64,000 nucleotides of DNA from Mayamaea pseudoterrestris (taxonomy: Eukaryota), in assembly GCA_027923505.1 (NCBI GenBank), contig BROI01000024.1:124001-188000 (forward strand). The letters are read 5' to 3'. Shown piece after piece: positions 46,501-57,267 of this stretch. The position numbers and the translations under genes are program-made. The first letter of the stretch is position 1. Each line of letters opens with the position of its first letter. The notes below the pieces were generated by a model. It was not told the DNA's origin and did no database searches. It saw only the letters and a list, made by a program, of their open reading frames with translations.

Positions 46501-47675
46501 CCGATGCAGCACTTGCAAAATTGATTCAGATTAAACAAGAAGCTCGAAAAGCGGGTCAGTTGGCGCGTGAGCGCACTGAAATGTCACGGCAGCTCCGTTG
46601 CCTTATTCTACTTGAAACATTGTTAAACGGGAAGCCTGATGGATGGGGCGCACTTGTACGCGCAGAACACGTTCTGCCAATGATGTTCCCTTTGCTCCGT
46701 TACCGCAAAGAGCTCGAAAATTCCTTAGCTAAAGCCGCAGGGAAACTGGACGAGAAGCGCAGTATGGCTGAGAAGATTACCTCGCTCTTGAAGACTAAAC
46801 TTTTTAAAATGAAACATATTGACCGACAATGGATCGATCCATCTAGCAGCGGCGATATTTGCGCAACGCTTGCAGCGAATATACTCGATCTCATGAAAGG
46901 AAAGGTATCCAAGGAGCAACGATCTTGTTGTAGTCTTGCGCTGACTGCTGTAATACGTTTTATTCCCGAATCGCCAACTCGGATTTTCGTGGGTTCGATA
47001 TACAAGGATATTGTTGAAGAGTGGAGCACAAGACGGACGACTCGTCTTGAATCTCATATCATTGAAGACTTCATTCTCATTTGCCCCATAGTCGCGCAGG
47101 CTACTTTGTGCGCTCCTCTCGCCTCCGTTGTGGCGTCGGCGCGGTCGTCTTATTTGAGAACTGAATCTGCTAGATTGCTATCGTTGCTTTATAACGCCAA
47201 TCTTAATCCGAGAAACACTGAACTTGAAAATGAGGCGTTTGATCTTCTTTGCGATTCACTTGGACCGTCGCTAGAAGCATTTGCTGCATCATTAGAAGAT
47301 CCCGAAACGAAGAAGTCCAAGCGCGGAAAGGAGTTGTTGAAGGCGTTGGCTAAAGTTCTGACTTTCACTGCTGCGACTACAACTGCTCTCTCACCCAAAT
47401 TACTTCATAATGTCAAGAAACATATTGAGCAACTGAAAAACGAAACAGAAAGCCTGCCTTTGGAAGATGCTTGCTCAAAGTTGCTGACGCAGTTGGAGCA
47501 GCTCGAGAAGGTTCCATGCAAAGCTTCACAATCGACTACCGTTGTTACTGAATTGAACCCCGCCGAAGATGATAGCGGAAGCGACGGAGATGCAGGAGCA
47601 GGCAAGGTGCCGAAGAAAAAGCAGGAGAAGAAGAAAAAGCAGGCGAAGAAGATAAGCAAGAAGAAGCGACGATAG
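43548..47675 (+). CDS. MYBBP1A: Pol5/MYBBP1A-like nucleolar ARM-repeat protein
   Basis: YALKRLLNGICSGRAAARQG, EDRDYKFGRLFG, KKWMRE, acidic tracts, ADAALAKL, Lys-rich C-terminus. Confidence 0.8.
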   Translation: MKKNKRQAEDKLMEEASDEEPAMNVENDGALDNESEGDEDDDEPVNAPHSTNNDGTNAFFDSFYGLSSSDPRERSQAAKEMLMHCLIGPSANVKDASYALKRLLNGICSGRAAARQGNASGLAMFLKVALAQGTLKEIQSNSTDAEEKQMTLLAFVRHKLLLATEPSVGTRKGSEDRDYKFGRLFGILGVVKSGVLLPVADDHAELSDILEVATGFVDDLVELYAYKKWMREPVAHAIGTILSSFYNIALEVPAAQTIVDQLVKDVIVPKLLTASDQADGGSTSKTAVFSAEQAAMAIHIQAHASIHSEMVLKSLDLPVLTPHTVQTMAAALAETSSVTYPRIHLFWDAFIFYISEPTGASASVQERKLRTVCPVGDVSPIDLIQAVLKHVVIENLLGLRDGQEETKTTHERSALGLCIVRNLAGVEFSSSITGLTRMVLDPETMEHVVLQPQIVKHLFSKVLCHGVGGRKNQSTHLLRPLALQTLESLAGSIDDDDDATARKLAIVRPLLRCDSRFDASTKSVIIDQMVVMKGDQVEVRPLLWSQYLKFLQSQLLKASSDEPKSTTAISPYEAYGYVDLIFNLGKTLLHSNADTKEKAEFKSATTRSLLLFLLAASSFDCREAKSSPPSSSKKKKTKKASKQSPVVEVACAIKTQLEGKSLPPYQLRCNLSSRFYSLVAEAVAASMHSKSDNKENEASELLSYLCDACRDLEAVAGAARLHSEDDSDHAAPRAILDAIYKETQDSKDSSSDIKAQRFVNACSILGSTLYLQLLDCGPVDNLEEEDIEADAENDAEEVGEYISGLHEVCSLVLKDRSKDNDPMVSMSDLCAGLLSSPIASGSESKSGFPRLLRDAVKMVWVSALTLRAGSKDKLPLQPGVYSILLRSIGAEAEGDAMDVDEEESDEDASESDAGTVGESDDSGDVFSRAAMLDEVERGKGNQERQISDDDDGSEVGINPDRLRSFLEEDSDADVDATELEHHEGADAALAKLIQIKQEARKAGQLARERTEMSRQLRCLILLETLLNGKPDGWGALVRAEHVLPMMFPLLRYRKELENSLAKAAGKLDEKRSMAEKITSLLKTKLFKMKHIDRQWIDPSSSGDICATLAANILDLMKGKVSKEQRSCCSLALTAVIRFIPESPTRIFVGSIYKDIVEEWSTRRTTRLESHIIEDFILICPIVAQATLCAPLASVVASARSSYLRTESARLLSLLYNANLNPRNTELENEAFDLLCDSLGPSLEAFAASLEDPETKKSKRGKELLKALAKVLTFTAATTTALSPKLLHNVKKHIEQLKNETESLPLEDACSKLLTQLEQLEKVPCKASQSTTVVTELNPAEDDSGSDGDAGAGKVPKKKQEKKKKQAKKISKKKRR

Positions 47676-47744
47676 CTGCGAGGTGCTTTAAGCTGTATCA
47701 CAGTACCGGTAACTCTAGGCGCGTTTTAAGGGTTACAAACAATG

Positions 47745-49964
47745 CTAGTAGTTTAGCTTTGGTCGCAAATCTCTTCTTCTGTTCAACACGTTCAATATGT
47801 CTGCTAGCTCAAGCCACACCATACCCTTAGCATCTAACATACTCATTGCCTCTTCGTAAAGTCGTTCGTCAGCTGTGAAGTATTCGAGTTCTAACGGCGC
47901 CGCGATTCCGACCAATCCACACAAAGCATCTCCAAGTTGAGACAGCGGAATGAATGGCATGGCCATGATTTTCGTAACATTCAAAAGTCGGAGAACAAAA
48001 GGAGGGACCGACAAGGATCCAAATAATGATTGAATGTCGCTCGCGAATACCGAGCAGCCGGCAGGGTGCAAATCTGGAGTCATCTCGTCCAAGTTTAAAG
48101 CAACTTCTAAAATCTTCCCAACCATTAATGTCAAAACCCTGTCTTTCAATAGTCTAGGAGCGTATTTAGACCGCTCCACCGCATCGATCTCATCGTTCTC
48201 ATCATCATTCGTAGATGCGTCACAAATCGCGAAAAATGTTACCAGCAACCGCCTCGTCTCAAGCAACTCCGGTGATGTTACAGAAAACGACTCTACAACT
48301 TCTGTTTCCTCGCATGAAAGCATATGAGAGCATCGGACCAAATAGCCAGCAAATCTTGCCCGCTCCATCAGAATTGTGTCAACCAGAATGTTTGCAAATT
48401 CGTCCACAAGTACCCCTTCTAAATGTTGCAAGGAGCGACCAAATCGAGCCAAATCTTGGTCGCCTCCTGATATCGCAGTCTCTGATTCATCATCGTATAC
48501 ACAGAGGATCAATGCCGCCATGTGAGTGCCATTGATGAGTTCGATCCATTCGTTAATGTTTGCTGCGAAAGCCTTGTCAGTGGGCACGTCACGTCCACCA
48601 AGCTGCGCAAGAAGAGTCGTGGACGTTTCATCCACGGCATCCACAAATTGCATACAAAGTGGCGCTGCAACGTTGCTAAGATATGGACCCGAAAAGGAAA
48701 AGACTGCTGCCTTGCATTGTATCGAGCGAATGATGGAGCAAAATAATTCGGCGCGAGGTGAAACGCGACTCACAAGTGCCGTCGCTCTTTGCTCACTAAA
48801 CAAGGTCGCAAATACATATTCTCGCTCACGCTGAAGCCTTGAAGGAGGATAAAGAGACCGATAATGGCTGTCAGTACTACTACATTGGCCAATATTCAAC
48901 AACATTGTATGAACTTACCACCAACTCAGTAGTTCATCGTCGCCTCTAACAAATACATCCATCAGCTTTAACAAACGCTCCTTCGGATGATTGACTATAG
49001 ACTGCAAATAGCCATCAAAGCGTATAAACTGCTCAATGGCATTCATCAAATGATTCGGCTTGGAGTCTGGCCCAGCAATCACTGCATGGCGAAAAAAGTT
49101 TCGCTCGCCCAAGACCCACTGCACCAACCGGACCATTTCGTTGCAAAAGTCCAACGGCAACGAGTGCGCTCCATGCTCCAATAGTGATGCAGATATATTC
49201 TCCACCAACTGCCACGGGCCTCCGTCAAATACATGCTCCTTTATGTAGGAGCAAACCCATTCGGGCAGGCGATCAATGCGATTCGTTGTTGGCTTTTGTT
49301 GCTGCTGTTGCACAAAATGAAAGTCAATGCGCTCCACAAACGGCCGACAAAACTCTCGAAGAATAACGTCTGCATCTAGTAACGCATCGTCTATTCCAAC
49401 GTGCCGAACGACTCGTTCATGAACATTGACCAGGCGAAGGATTGCGCCGCACGTTTTAATTAAATCTTGATAATCACTCTTTTCGAGCCCCTTGTGCTCC
49501 AAGAGCCCCCGACAGCCTTCGGGCGATGGGTAGTTTGCATGCTGCAGCAAGTTTCGAAGCGTATATTTGAGCTCGTCAAACAAGTACTCGCAGTAGGGAA
49601 GGAAGTCGTCCTCGACGAGACGCTCATACGTTTCCGAAACGTAATTAACATTCACCAAAATATCCGTTAATTGCTCCAGCTGACAGACTTGATCCACGAG
49701 ACTTTCATCATTCTCTTCTTGGTACTGCTTCTTCCATTCTGCAATATGCTGCGCCAGGAGCAAGTCGTTTGCCGTTGCTTCCAGTCGGCCGAGGCGAGAT
49801 GGAAGCGGTTCCTCGACGACGGCAGCAGCATCGTCGGACGCATTACTCAGTGCCTTTCGCTTCCGCTCGTTTTCCTGAAGCGCTTGCTCCGCATCCAGCA
49901 GCTCCTGCTGCAAAGCATCAAGCGTCAAGTCGGTTGCGGAAGCAGCAAAATGATGAGTTGCCAT
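47745..49964 (-). CDS. RINT1/Tip20 family vesicle-tethering protein; exons 49964-48919 and 48837-47745
   Basis: PFVERIDFHF...TTNRIDRLPEW motif and N-terminal coiled coil; intron GTAAGT...AAG joins W-W-LQRERE. Confidence 0.7.
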
Positions 49965-50142
49965 GGTTTCAATGAGACCAACCGGATGATCGCGTGGTCT
50001 GACTGTTAAAAAAATGTCGTAGCGGTACTCAACCGCAGCCGCACAAGGTGACCGATCTCGACCATGACAAGCAAGCTACCGGTATCTTGTGAGTGCAACA
50101 ACAGCTGCATCTCGTCATTCCAAAGCATAAATTATCAGCAGC

Positions 50143-51903
50143 ATGTTCCAAGGACGATATCAAATGCTTCGGTGCGTCCGACAAAGGGCTCTTCAAATCA
50201 ACAATGCTTCTTTATCGACTGCGCGCCTCTACTCCTCGACACCAGTCACACTCGAAGGCGATGCCGCCGCCGCCAAGTTACAAACGGAAGAGCAAATTAC
50301 GCAGCGCCACAAGATTAAACTAGCTTCACTGGACTACAATCAACGCCGGGCCTCCTACAAGCGCCAAGTGTCAGCTCTCCGCATTGAATACGCCAAGGAG
50401 ATTGCCCGCCAGCGCGCCTCCGACAAGGCCGAGCAGGAAGCCTTGCAGAAGGAACTGACGCGACGTCGACTGGAGCGACAGTTTCAAAAGAATACGCAAA
50501 CGGCCAAAAACATGCTGAGACAAAAGGAGCTGCGTGAGCAGCGGGCCAAGGAGTTTCAGGAGCATTTGGAGTTGATGCAGTTGGAGCGAGATGCCAAGAA
50601 TGAGCGATTCCAAAAGGCCAGGCAATTAGTGGTAGATGAGCTTGAACAAGAGGCTCCGCTATGGTTGACGACAGCAGAGGAAGTGGAAGCGGCGTTTACT
50701 CCAGAAGCGGAGCAGCTGCTATGGGCGAGGCCGAATGGAGTCTTGGGAGCTCCCAATCCTAGTTTAGATTGCCACTTTTGGCAACAGGAAACGCACACCT
50801 GGCTCATGCGGCGCACGTACAAGTCACAGCGACAAGTTTTGCTGGATGAACTTGAAGACATTGCCTACAACGAAGCCAATATAGACGAGTCATTTTGGAC
50901 GCAGGAACGCCTCCAGGAGTTGGAGCAGCTGGAAGACAAGGCGCGGCTCCGCGCCATGGTGCGGTCGATTGGACGCATTTCGTTGTTGCGTCGACAAAAG
51001 GAACTGCTGGAGGAGCAGTATGTGACGGCAGAAGGTGAAGTTCCAAAGCCAATGCCCGTTCCAAACTTTCAAATGCTGCAGAATGAAGCTGCGTTGGAAA
51101 AAGAGGGTGCCCAAATTTTGTTGGAGGATCCAACCAAGTTCTTTGTTTTTGAAGGATCGACGGCAAGTGCTTCAGATCGTCGCCAGGAGCAGAATGACGA
51201 AATATCTACCTATGTTGGACCAACGTTGGGATCACCGATTGCGTTGCGAGACCCTTTGCGCGAGCATTCGCATCAAGGCACTGTCTTTCCGCAGATTATT
51301 GGCAAGATTCCAAAGCCCGACGACCGAACGGAGCGCGAAAAGAAGCTGCAGGAGCGGGAGGAACGAATGTGGGCTGCGGCGCAAGCTGAAAAGATGGGCG
51401 ACATGGACATTGAACTGGCAGCACAACAGCAAACGGCGGAAGATTTGGAGCCAGATATTAATTACGATGAGTTTACGTTTGACTTTGGCGACGAGGACTG
51501 GGCCAAGGGATTGGACCCCATTGCCGATGAGCATGTCCTCCGCACTCCACATGAAAAGCGCTACAAGGAGGAAGATATTGATTGGGTTGTTGATAAGCTT
51601 GCTTCTCAAGTCAAACATTTGGAGCAACAATTTGTTCAAGATATGACGAGCCTGAAGCGCACCTTTGAGTCGGAGCTTCGTCAAACGGAAGGTCATGAAA
51701 TTGCTGACATGCCTGTAGGAAGTATTGAAGCTGCTCTTCTTTCCTTGTCTGATGCAGAGCTCCTCGCCCTTTCTGACTTGGATGATCGTTGTGGTGGCAA
51801 AGTTTCGGATGAGGATTTAAATGACGCAGAGAAAGTAATTCCGGGGCTAAGCAGGGAACAGATTAAGCAAGTCTTGACTCGCGACGAAACTGCTAGCACC
51901 TAA
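50143..51903 (+). CDS. Probable mitochondrion-targeted coiled-coil protein, N-terminal part resembles mitoribosomal mS26
   Basis: Arg/Ser-rich presequence ending ARLYSS; YKRQVSALRIEYAKE...long coiled coil...EAPLWLT pattern. The family call is from memory only. Confidence 0.5.
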   Translation: MFQGRYQMLRCVRQRALQINNASLSTARLYSSTPVTLEGDAAAAKLQTEEQITQRHKIKLASLDYNQRRASYKRQVSALRIEYAKEIARQRASDKAEQEALQKELTRRRLERQFQKNTQTAKNMLRQKELREQRAKEFQEHLELMQLERDAKNERFQKARQLVVDELEQEAPLWLTTAEEVEAAFTPEAEQLLWARPNGVLGAPNPSLDCHFWQQETHTWLMRRTYKSQRQVLLDELEDIAYNEANIDESFWTQERLQELEQLEDKARLRAMVRSIGRISLLRRQKELLEEQYVTAEGEVPKPMPVPNFQMLQNEAALEKEGAQILLEDPTKFFVFEGSTASASDRRQEQNDEISTYVGPTLGSPIALRDPLREHSHQGTVFPQIIGKIPKPDDRTEREKKLQEREERMWAAAQAEKMGDMDIELAAQQQTAEDLEPDINYDEFTFDFGDEDWAKGLDPIADEHVLRTPHEKRYKEEDIDWVVDKLASQVKHLEQQFVQDMTSLKRTFESELRQTEGHEIADMPVGSIEAALLSLSDAELLALSDLDDRCGGKVSDEDLNDAEKVIPGLSREQIKQVLTRDETAST

Positions 51904-51957
51904 TAAAAATACACTAGGTCTAATTACATTTCTTGGTTAATAGACACTGCGCGTCAT

Positions 51958-52938
51958 TCATAAATTGCTCGGCAGCGCCAGTGTCTCCAACAAGGGCTCT
52001 CCAAACGTATTGCCAAATATCATTTCCTCCATTGGATACCTGGGTCGCGTACCTTTCGTTGATGAAGAGTCGCTCGTAGTGTCGTCTGTCTGATACCGCC
52101 TTCCAACGCTGACAATGAGCGGCACCGCGTAGCGCGACGGCACGTTCAAAGCACGTCGTATGCCGCCCGCATGTATCCCCTCCATGGGAATGGTGTCGAG
52201 ACCACGGGATGCACATGCTAGCATGAACGTCATGGCAACCATGAGTGTTTGCTTCGATGCCCAGGTTTCGGCGGATGACAAGGTTGGCATGGGATAAAAG
52301 GTGCGTGTGAACAGATGAACCAGCGCCACGCTTGTACGAACGAAGAAGCTAAGAATCGCATTTACAAACCGCGGAAGTGGATAGCCCGACGAAAAGATGG
52401 CTAAATATAGTTGCAGCTTGCGACGGCTCCATTTGTTTGTCATGGCGGACAGCTGCTTGCGAAAGGTTGGTAACGTCCGCAGAATTTGTCGATCCGCCAA
52501 AAATACAACCGTGGCATCCGAATCCAGTACGCGATTTCGGTTAGGGCCCAGCGCATACTTGGCGAGCGCTTCCTTTTGTTCCTTGGAATGAACCAACACA
52601 AACTTGTACGGCTGCGCGTTGTACGCCGACGGCGAGAGTCGCGCCAGTTCCAGTGCTTGCGTCGCCTGCTGCAGCACGGCAGGGTCTGACTGAGATGCGC
52701 CGTTGCTGCGATCCGTTCCGTCGAATCGTTGAAACTTTTTGCAGGCGCGACGATATAGCACGGCAGCGTCAAAGGCTGGTTTGGATGAAAGCATTGTTGC
52801 AGTGTCTGCGCTTGTGCTAATCGTCATGAAAAAGATTTTCCTTCTTGTTGGGTTTGGTTGTCGGCTAAATGACTCATGAAGGGAGAACGCGTTGACAACT
52901 GATGCCATCCACAATATTATAGCAGCTCTCCCATGCAT
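51958..52938 (-). CDS. Nitroreductase family flavoprotein, probably plastid-targeted
   Basis: RRACKKF, ARLSPSAYNAQPYKF, GLDTIPMEG; signal peptide ending VNA-FS from ATG 52938. Confidence 0.88.
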   Translation of the reverse strand: MHGRAAIILWMASVVNAFSLHESFSRQPNPTRRKIFFMTISTSADTATMLSSKPAFDAAVLYRRACKKFQRFDGTDRSNGASQSDPAVLQQATQALELARLSPSAYNAQPYKFVLVHSKEQKEALAKYALGPNRNRVLDSDATVVFLADRQILRTLPTFRKQLSAMTNKWSRRKLQLYLAIFSSGYPLPRFVNAILSFFVRTSVALVHLFTRTFYPMPTLSSAETWASKQTLMVAMTFMLACASRGLDTIPMEGIHAGGIRRALNVPSRYAVPLIVSVGRRYQTDDTTSDSSSTKGTRPRYPMEEMIFGNTFGEPLLETLALPSNL

Positions 52939-53199
52939 TGCAAAGGAGTGAGTGACTTTTTGATGAGAACAATGTATCAGTTGGGTCGACAAGTAGTCTT
53001 TACTTTTTTCCCATCATGCGCGATTTTTGGAAAGACGACGAGACAAAGCGCTAGGACATTAGTGTATCGCACCGGTATTGATAGAAACCTCACCTCAACG
53101 ACGTTAGCGGGATGGTTTGAGGTGCAAATAACCAAAGCATTGACCCTATATAGGCGAGCCTCCATTTACATGCTGAAGCCAAGGTTCAAAAGCTTGAAA

Positions 53200-54057
53200 A
53201 ACCAGTGCCATGGTGCTACAGTGTGTGGCTTTTAACGACTACCCCCAATAGTCTTGTTCCATAAATTCTGTTCTGGCTATCCTTGGGGACACATGTGCGG
53301 TGAGATTGGTGCATAACAATCATTCCCAGCTCACATGTAGCATCAGTTGTTGGGGAGGGTAAAGATCCACACTGCAACCAGCTCCATGGTGCTACAGTGT
53401 AAGTCCTTAAAGACTACCCCCAATAGTCTTGTACCATGAATTCTGTTTGAGCTATGCTTGGGGACATGTATTCAGTGAGATTGGTGCATAACAATCATTC
53501 CCAGTTCACATGTAGCACCAGTTGTTTGGGAGGGCAACGATACACAGTAACAAGCTAAACGGTGCTACAGTGTGTGGCCTTCAACGACTACCCCCAATAG
53601 TCTTGTTCCATGATTCTGTTCTGGCTATCCTTGGGGACACGTATGCGGTGAGATTATTGCATAACAATCATTCCCAGCTCACGTGTAGCATCAGTTGTTG
53701 GGGAGGGCAAAGATCCACACAGTAACCAGCTCCATAGTGCTACAGTGTGTGTCCGAGGGCTACCCCTAATAGTCTTGTTCCAATAATTCTGTTCTGGCTA
53801 TCCTTGGGGACATATATGCAGTGAGATTGGTGCATAACAATCATTCCCAGCTCACATGTAGCATCAGTTGTTTGGGAGGGCAAAGATCCACACAGTATCC
53901 CGCTCCATGGCGCTACATGTGTGGCCTTCAACGACCACCCCCAATAGTCTGGTTCCATGAATTCTGTTCTGGCCATCCTTGGGGACATGTATGCGGTGAG
54001 AGTGGTGCATAACAATCATTCCCAGCTCACGCGTAGCACCAGTTGTTTAGGAGGGCA
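53200..54057. repeat. Tandem repeat array, ~4.9 copies of a 173-176 bp unit
   Basis: Units start at about 53200, 53376, 53549, 53724 and 53897; all contain TGCATAACAATCATTCCCAG. Confidence 0.95.
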
Positions 54058-54277
54058 GACGTATACATTAAAAGATCTCAGACGGTCGTAGTTGCATGCA
54101 GCAAAACCATGACGCCGCCATCTACGTCGCAGCGGCAATTTTTTCATTAATGTCGTGGAGCATGTCCGGAGAGATCCTACCACTGTCCCTATAGTTTCAC
54201 GGTCATTTGTGGATGGCTACGGTAGTTGTTCCTTTTTGATTAAAACGAGCCTCTATCTAATGCACTTTAGCATAACA

Positions 54278-55303
54278 CTATAGTGTTACGACCGTTCCAC
54301 CTTCTCCCGATCCCATTGATTCAGCCCCACCGCCTAGTACTTCGCGAATCAAGGCATGAGGAACTCGACCGTCGGTAATGAATGCTCCCTTGACTCCCAG
54401 CTGCACGGCACTCGTGGCAAAGGTAACCTTTGGAATCATGCCGCCAGTAATTGTTTCATCGTCAATGAGCTCCTGCACTTGTTGACATGTCAAAGTCGGG
54501 ATCAGTGTCATGGACTTGTCGAGAACGCCAGCAATATCCGTCAGAAACAAAACTCGCTCAGCCTTTAACTCTCCAGCAATACGCCCAGCAGCAACATCTG
54601 CGTTGCAATTGTAAGCAATCTCCTTTTCCTCGCCCATGCCTGTTCCAATGGGCGAAACGACTGGACAGATACCAGCATCAAGTAGTTGATTCAGGAGTTG
54701 CGTATTGACAGCTTCCACTTTGCCAACATAACCAAGATCAAAGCCATCCTTGTTCACTTCCTTTGTGCACTGCAGCAGTGAATCATCTCGTCCCGATATT
54801 CCAATGGCTCGTCCACCAGCCGCGCAAATCTTGCTACTAATCTCCTTATTCACGGCTCCACATAACACCATTTCGGCCACTTGCACCACCTCTGGACTCG
54901 ACACGCGCATGCCACCTTCAAAGCGCGACGCGACTCCCACCTGCTCCAGCATTTTGTTGATCTGCGGACCACCTCCGTGCACCACTACGACTCGTAGTCC
55001 CAGTTGCTGCAGCGTGGCAACGTCCTGGCAAAAGAGTTGCTTCAGCTCCGGTGACGTCATGGCGTTGCCGCCGTACTTGACGACAATGGTCTTGCCGCGG
55101 AGCGTATCTACGGCTCCAGCGACTGTAACGGCGTTTGAAGTAAATGAATCAGAGTCATTTTCGGTAGTCGATGGTGATGAAGTGGAAGCAAGTGATAGTC
55201 TTGCATGGGGCGTAGTTGTGTGATGCAACCGTTGGGGACTGACGAAAGCGGAGCTGCAAATTGACTGTAGCGCAATGCAAAGCATTAACAAGGATATGAA
55301 CAT
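54278..55303 (-). CDS. argB: N-acetylglutamate kinase, plastid-targeted
   Basis: IVVKYGGNAM, VVHGGGPQI, GMRVS, GISGRD, NCNADVAAG, FLTDIAG, TGGMIPK, DGRVPHAL; signal peptide ending SSA-FV. Confidence 0.95.
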   Translation of the reverse strand: MFISLLMLCIALQSICSSAFVSPQRLHHTTTPHARLSLASTSSPSTTENDSDSFTSNAVTVAGAVDTLRGKTIVVKYGGNAMTSPELKQLFCQDVATLQQLGLRVVVVHGGGPQINKMLEQVGVASRFEGGMRVSSPEVVQVAEMVLCGAVNKEISSKICAAGGRAIGISGRDDSLLQCTKEVNKDGFDLGYVGKVEAVNTQLLNQLLDAGICPVVSPIGTGMGEEKEIAYNCNADVAAGRIAGELKAERVLFLTDIAGVLDKSMTLIPTLTCQQVQELIDDETITGGMIPKVTFATSAVQLGVKGAFITDGRVPHALIREVLGGGAESMGSGEGGTVVTL

Positions 55304-55554
55304 GTTCCTATAGTATCGCTTCGATAGCAGATGATTACTGAATCCTGCAAGACGAGTGAACAATTACACAAGGACGCAATGCACTTTGTGGACAAAAGAT
55401 CCACAAGATTTCGCGCATCGGCATCCAAATCTGTCGTTCCGGTACTCATTGCGACATGCCACCAAAGCCATCCAAAATGCAAAGAACAAAAGCAGAATCG
55501 GAGCAACAAAAGCAGTTGCTCGACTACGCAACAACATCATCCTACAACTCCAGT

Positions 55555-57026
55555 ATGGGCAAGAACAAGAGCAAGAGTAGTCAGAAGAAGCAGCAGCCGA
55601 CGGAAGCAGCTGCTGTAGCTGCTGTCGCTGATAAAAAGCAGCCTCGCGTGTCCATGGAGGACATTCAGGCCATGTCGGACAGCGACGACCAAGGGTCTCT
55701 TCCACCGGAGGAGGAGTGGAACGATGAAGCCAAGAATTTACGCGACGCCATTATGAGTGGTAAATTTGATCATGTACTGGAAAGAGAGGATGGAGATGCT
55801 TCGAGTGTGGAGGAAGTGGAGCTGGATAATGATGGGGAAGCGCATGATGAAGTCGACGCAGAAGGGTCTTCCGCCGAGGACGAGGAGGAAACTGGCCCAT
55901 CGGACGAGGATTCTGAAGCGGATAGCGAAGACGAAGTGGAAAAAGTCCCGACCTGGAATGGCAAGAAAACAACTGCGCCTCTGGTGGATGCTGCGGCGGA
56001 CAGCTCGGACGACGATGATGCAAGCGAGAATGAGCACGAAGCAGAGGCGTCAAAGCCAACTTTGGCTGCAAAGGGCTTGGTAGAGGACGAGAATAGCGGC
56101 CGTGAATCCAACGAGGAGGAACAGAGTGACGACGATGAAGATGATACCCCTGCAGCTGAAAAGACAATGGACCAAAAGAACCAAATCAACTCCAAGGCTC
56201 TCCATGTTGTAACGCAGGAATTAGCGTCGCAAAAGCAAGGATGGTCCTGGGCCGAGACTTTCGAAATCATCCCAGCTACGCCGCTTCCGTTTGACAAGAA
56301 GACTACGCCGGAGGATGAGCTCGTTGACATTCACGACGACTTGAAGCGCGAAGTGACGTTTTACGACATTGCACTAGAGGCCGTCAATGCGGCACGCTTG
56401 AAATGTCAGGAACATGAAATTCCCTTTACTCGACCGGAAGATTTTTTTGCTGAAATGGTCAAGACTGATGGTACGTTGCATTAGGATGGACTCGTTCCTT
56501 CCTGTCCGTTAGTTTGCGCATATATCCTGACGAAATCCATCGCTCCTTCACGTTCTCGCAATATACAGACCACATGGCCAAGATCAAGGATCGTCTCATT
56601 TTTGAGAACAAAAAGATTGACGCCGTCGCAATGCGCAAGTCAAACAAGGAGCAGAAGCTTCGCGTCAAGGAGTCGCAAGCCAATCGCGCCGCTGAAAAGT
56701 CCAAGCGCAAGCGAGAGCATTTCAAGTCTCTCGACGACTGGCAGGCATCAGGAGCAGCTGGATCTCGCAATGATGGTGCTCTCATGGATGCACTGGAGGG
56801 AAGTGGTCCTAATAAAAAGCGCATGTCGGCCGACAAGAAGTACGGTTTCGGGGGCCAACGGCCTCGCTTCAAGCAGAATGATCGCAAAGATTTGAACGAC
56901 ACCTCCAAGTTTAATCCGAGAGGTAACTTTGCAGGAGGCATGAAGCGTACTGCGAGCAGTAGCAAGAAGGGAGGAAGTAACAATCGCCCTGGCAAGCGTG
57001 CTCGTGACGCGAAACGGTCCTCCTAA
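55555..57026 (+). CDS. EBP2: rRNA-processing protein EBP2; exons 55555-56470 and 56569-57026
   Basis: DIHDDLKREVTFY...PFTRPEDFFAEMVKTD|DHMAKIK...DKKYGFGG; acidic N-terminal region. Confidence 0.92.
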
Positions 57027-57267
57027 ATATGTCATGGCACTTGCATTCGATAATTTGCAAAGAGTAAATTAAATTTAGTCCGTCTATCAAATACGAAATG
57101 CTTCTACTTGTCGCGCCATCCAGGAACACATGTACCGTGCTATGCTTTGCTAGACTAAATAAATAATTCTCAATAACTTTTTTCTCCCACACAAAACACA
57201 CTGACAAACGCCACTCGCCTTCAGAATTTCCAACATTGTTACGCGCTGCTCATGCCATTAGTCTTGT

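Noticed and set aside
53051..53124. Helitron 3' end (hairpin CACCTCAA...TTGAGGTG near CTAG)
   Set aside because: The loop is long and the hairpin is about 37 nt from the CTAG, further than typical; there is no other Helitron evidence.
53200..54057. CRISPR-like array or hammerhead-ribozyme repeat
   Set aside because: The whole unit repeats, so there are no unique spacers, and there are no cas genes. The minus-strand CTGATG is followed by C and I see no matching GAAA core.
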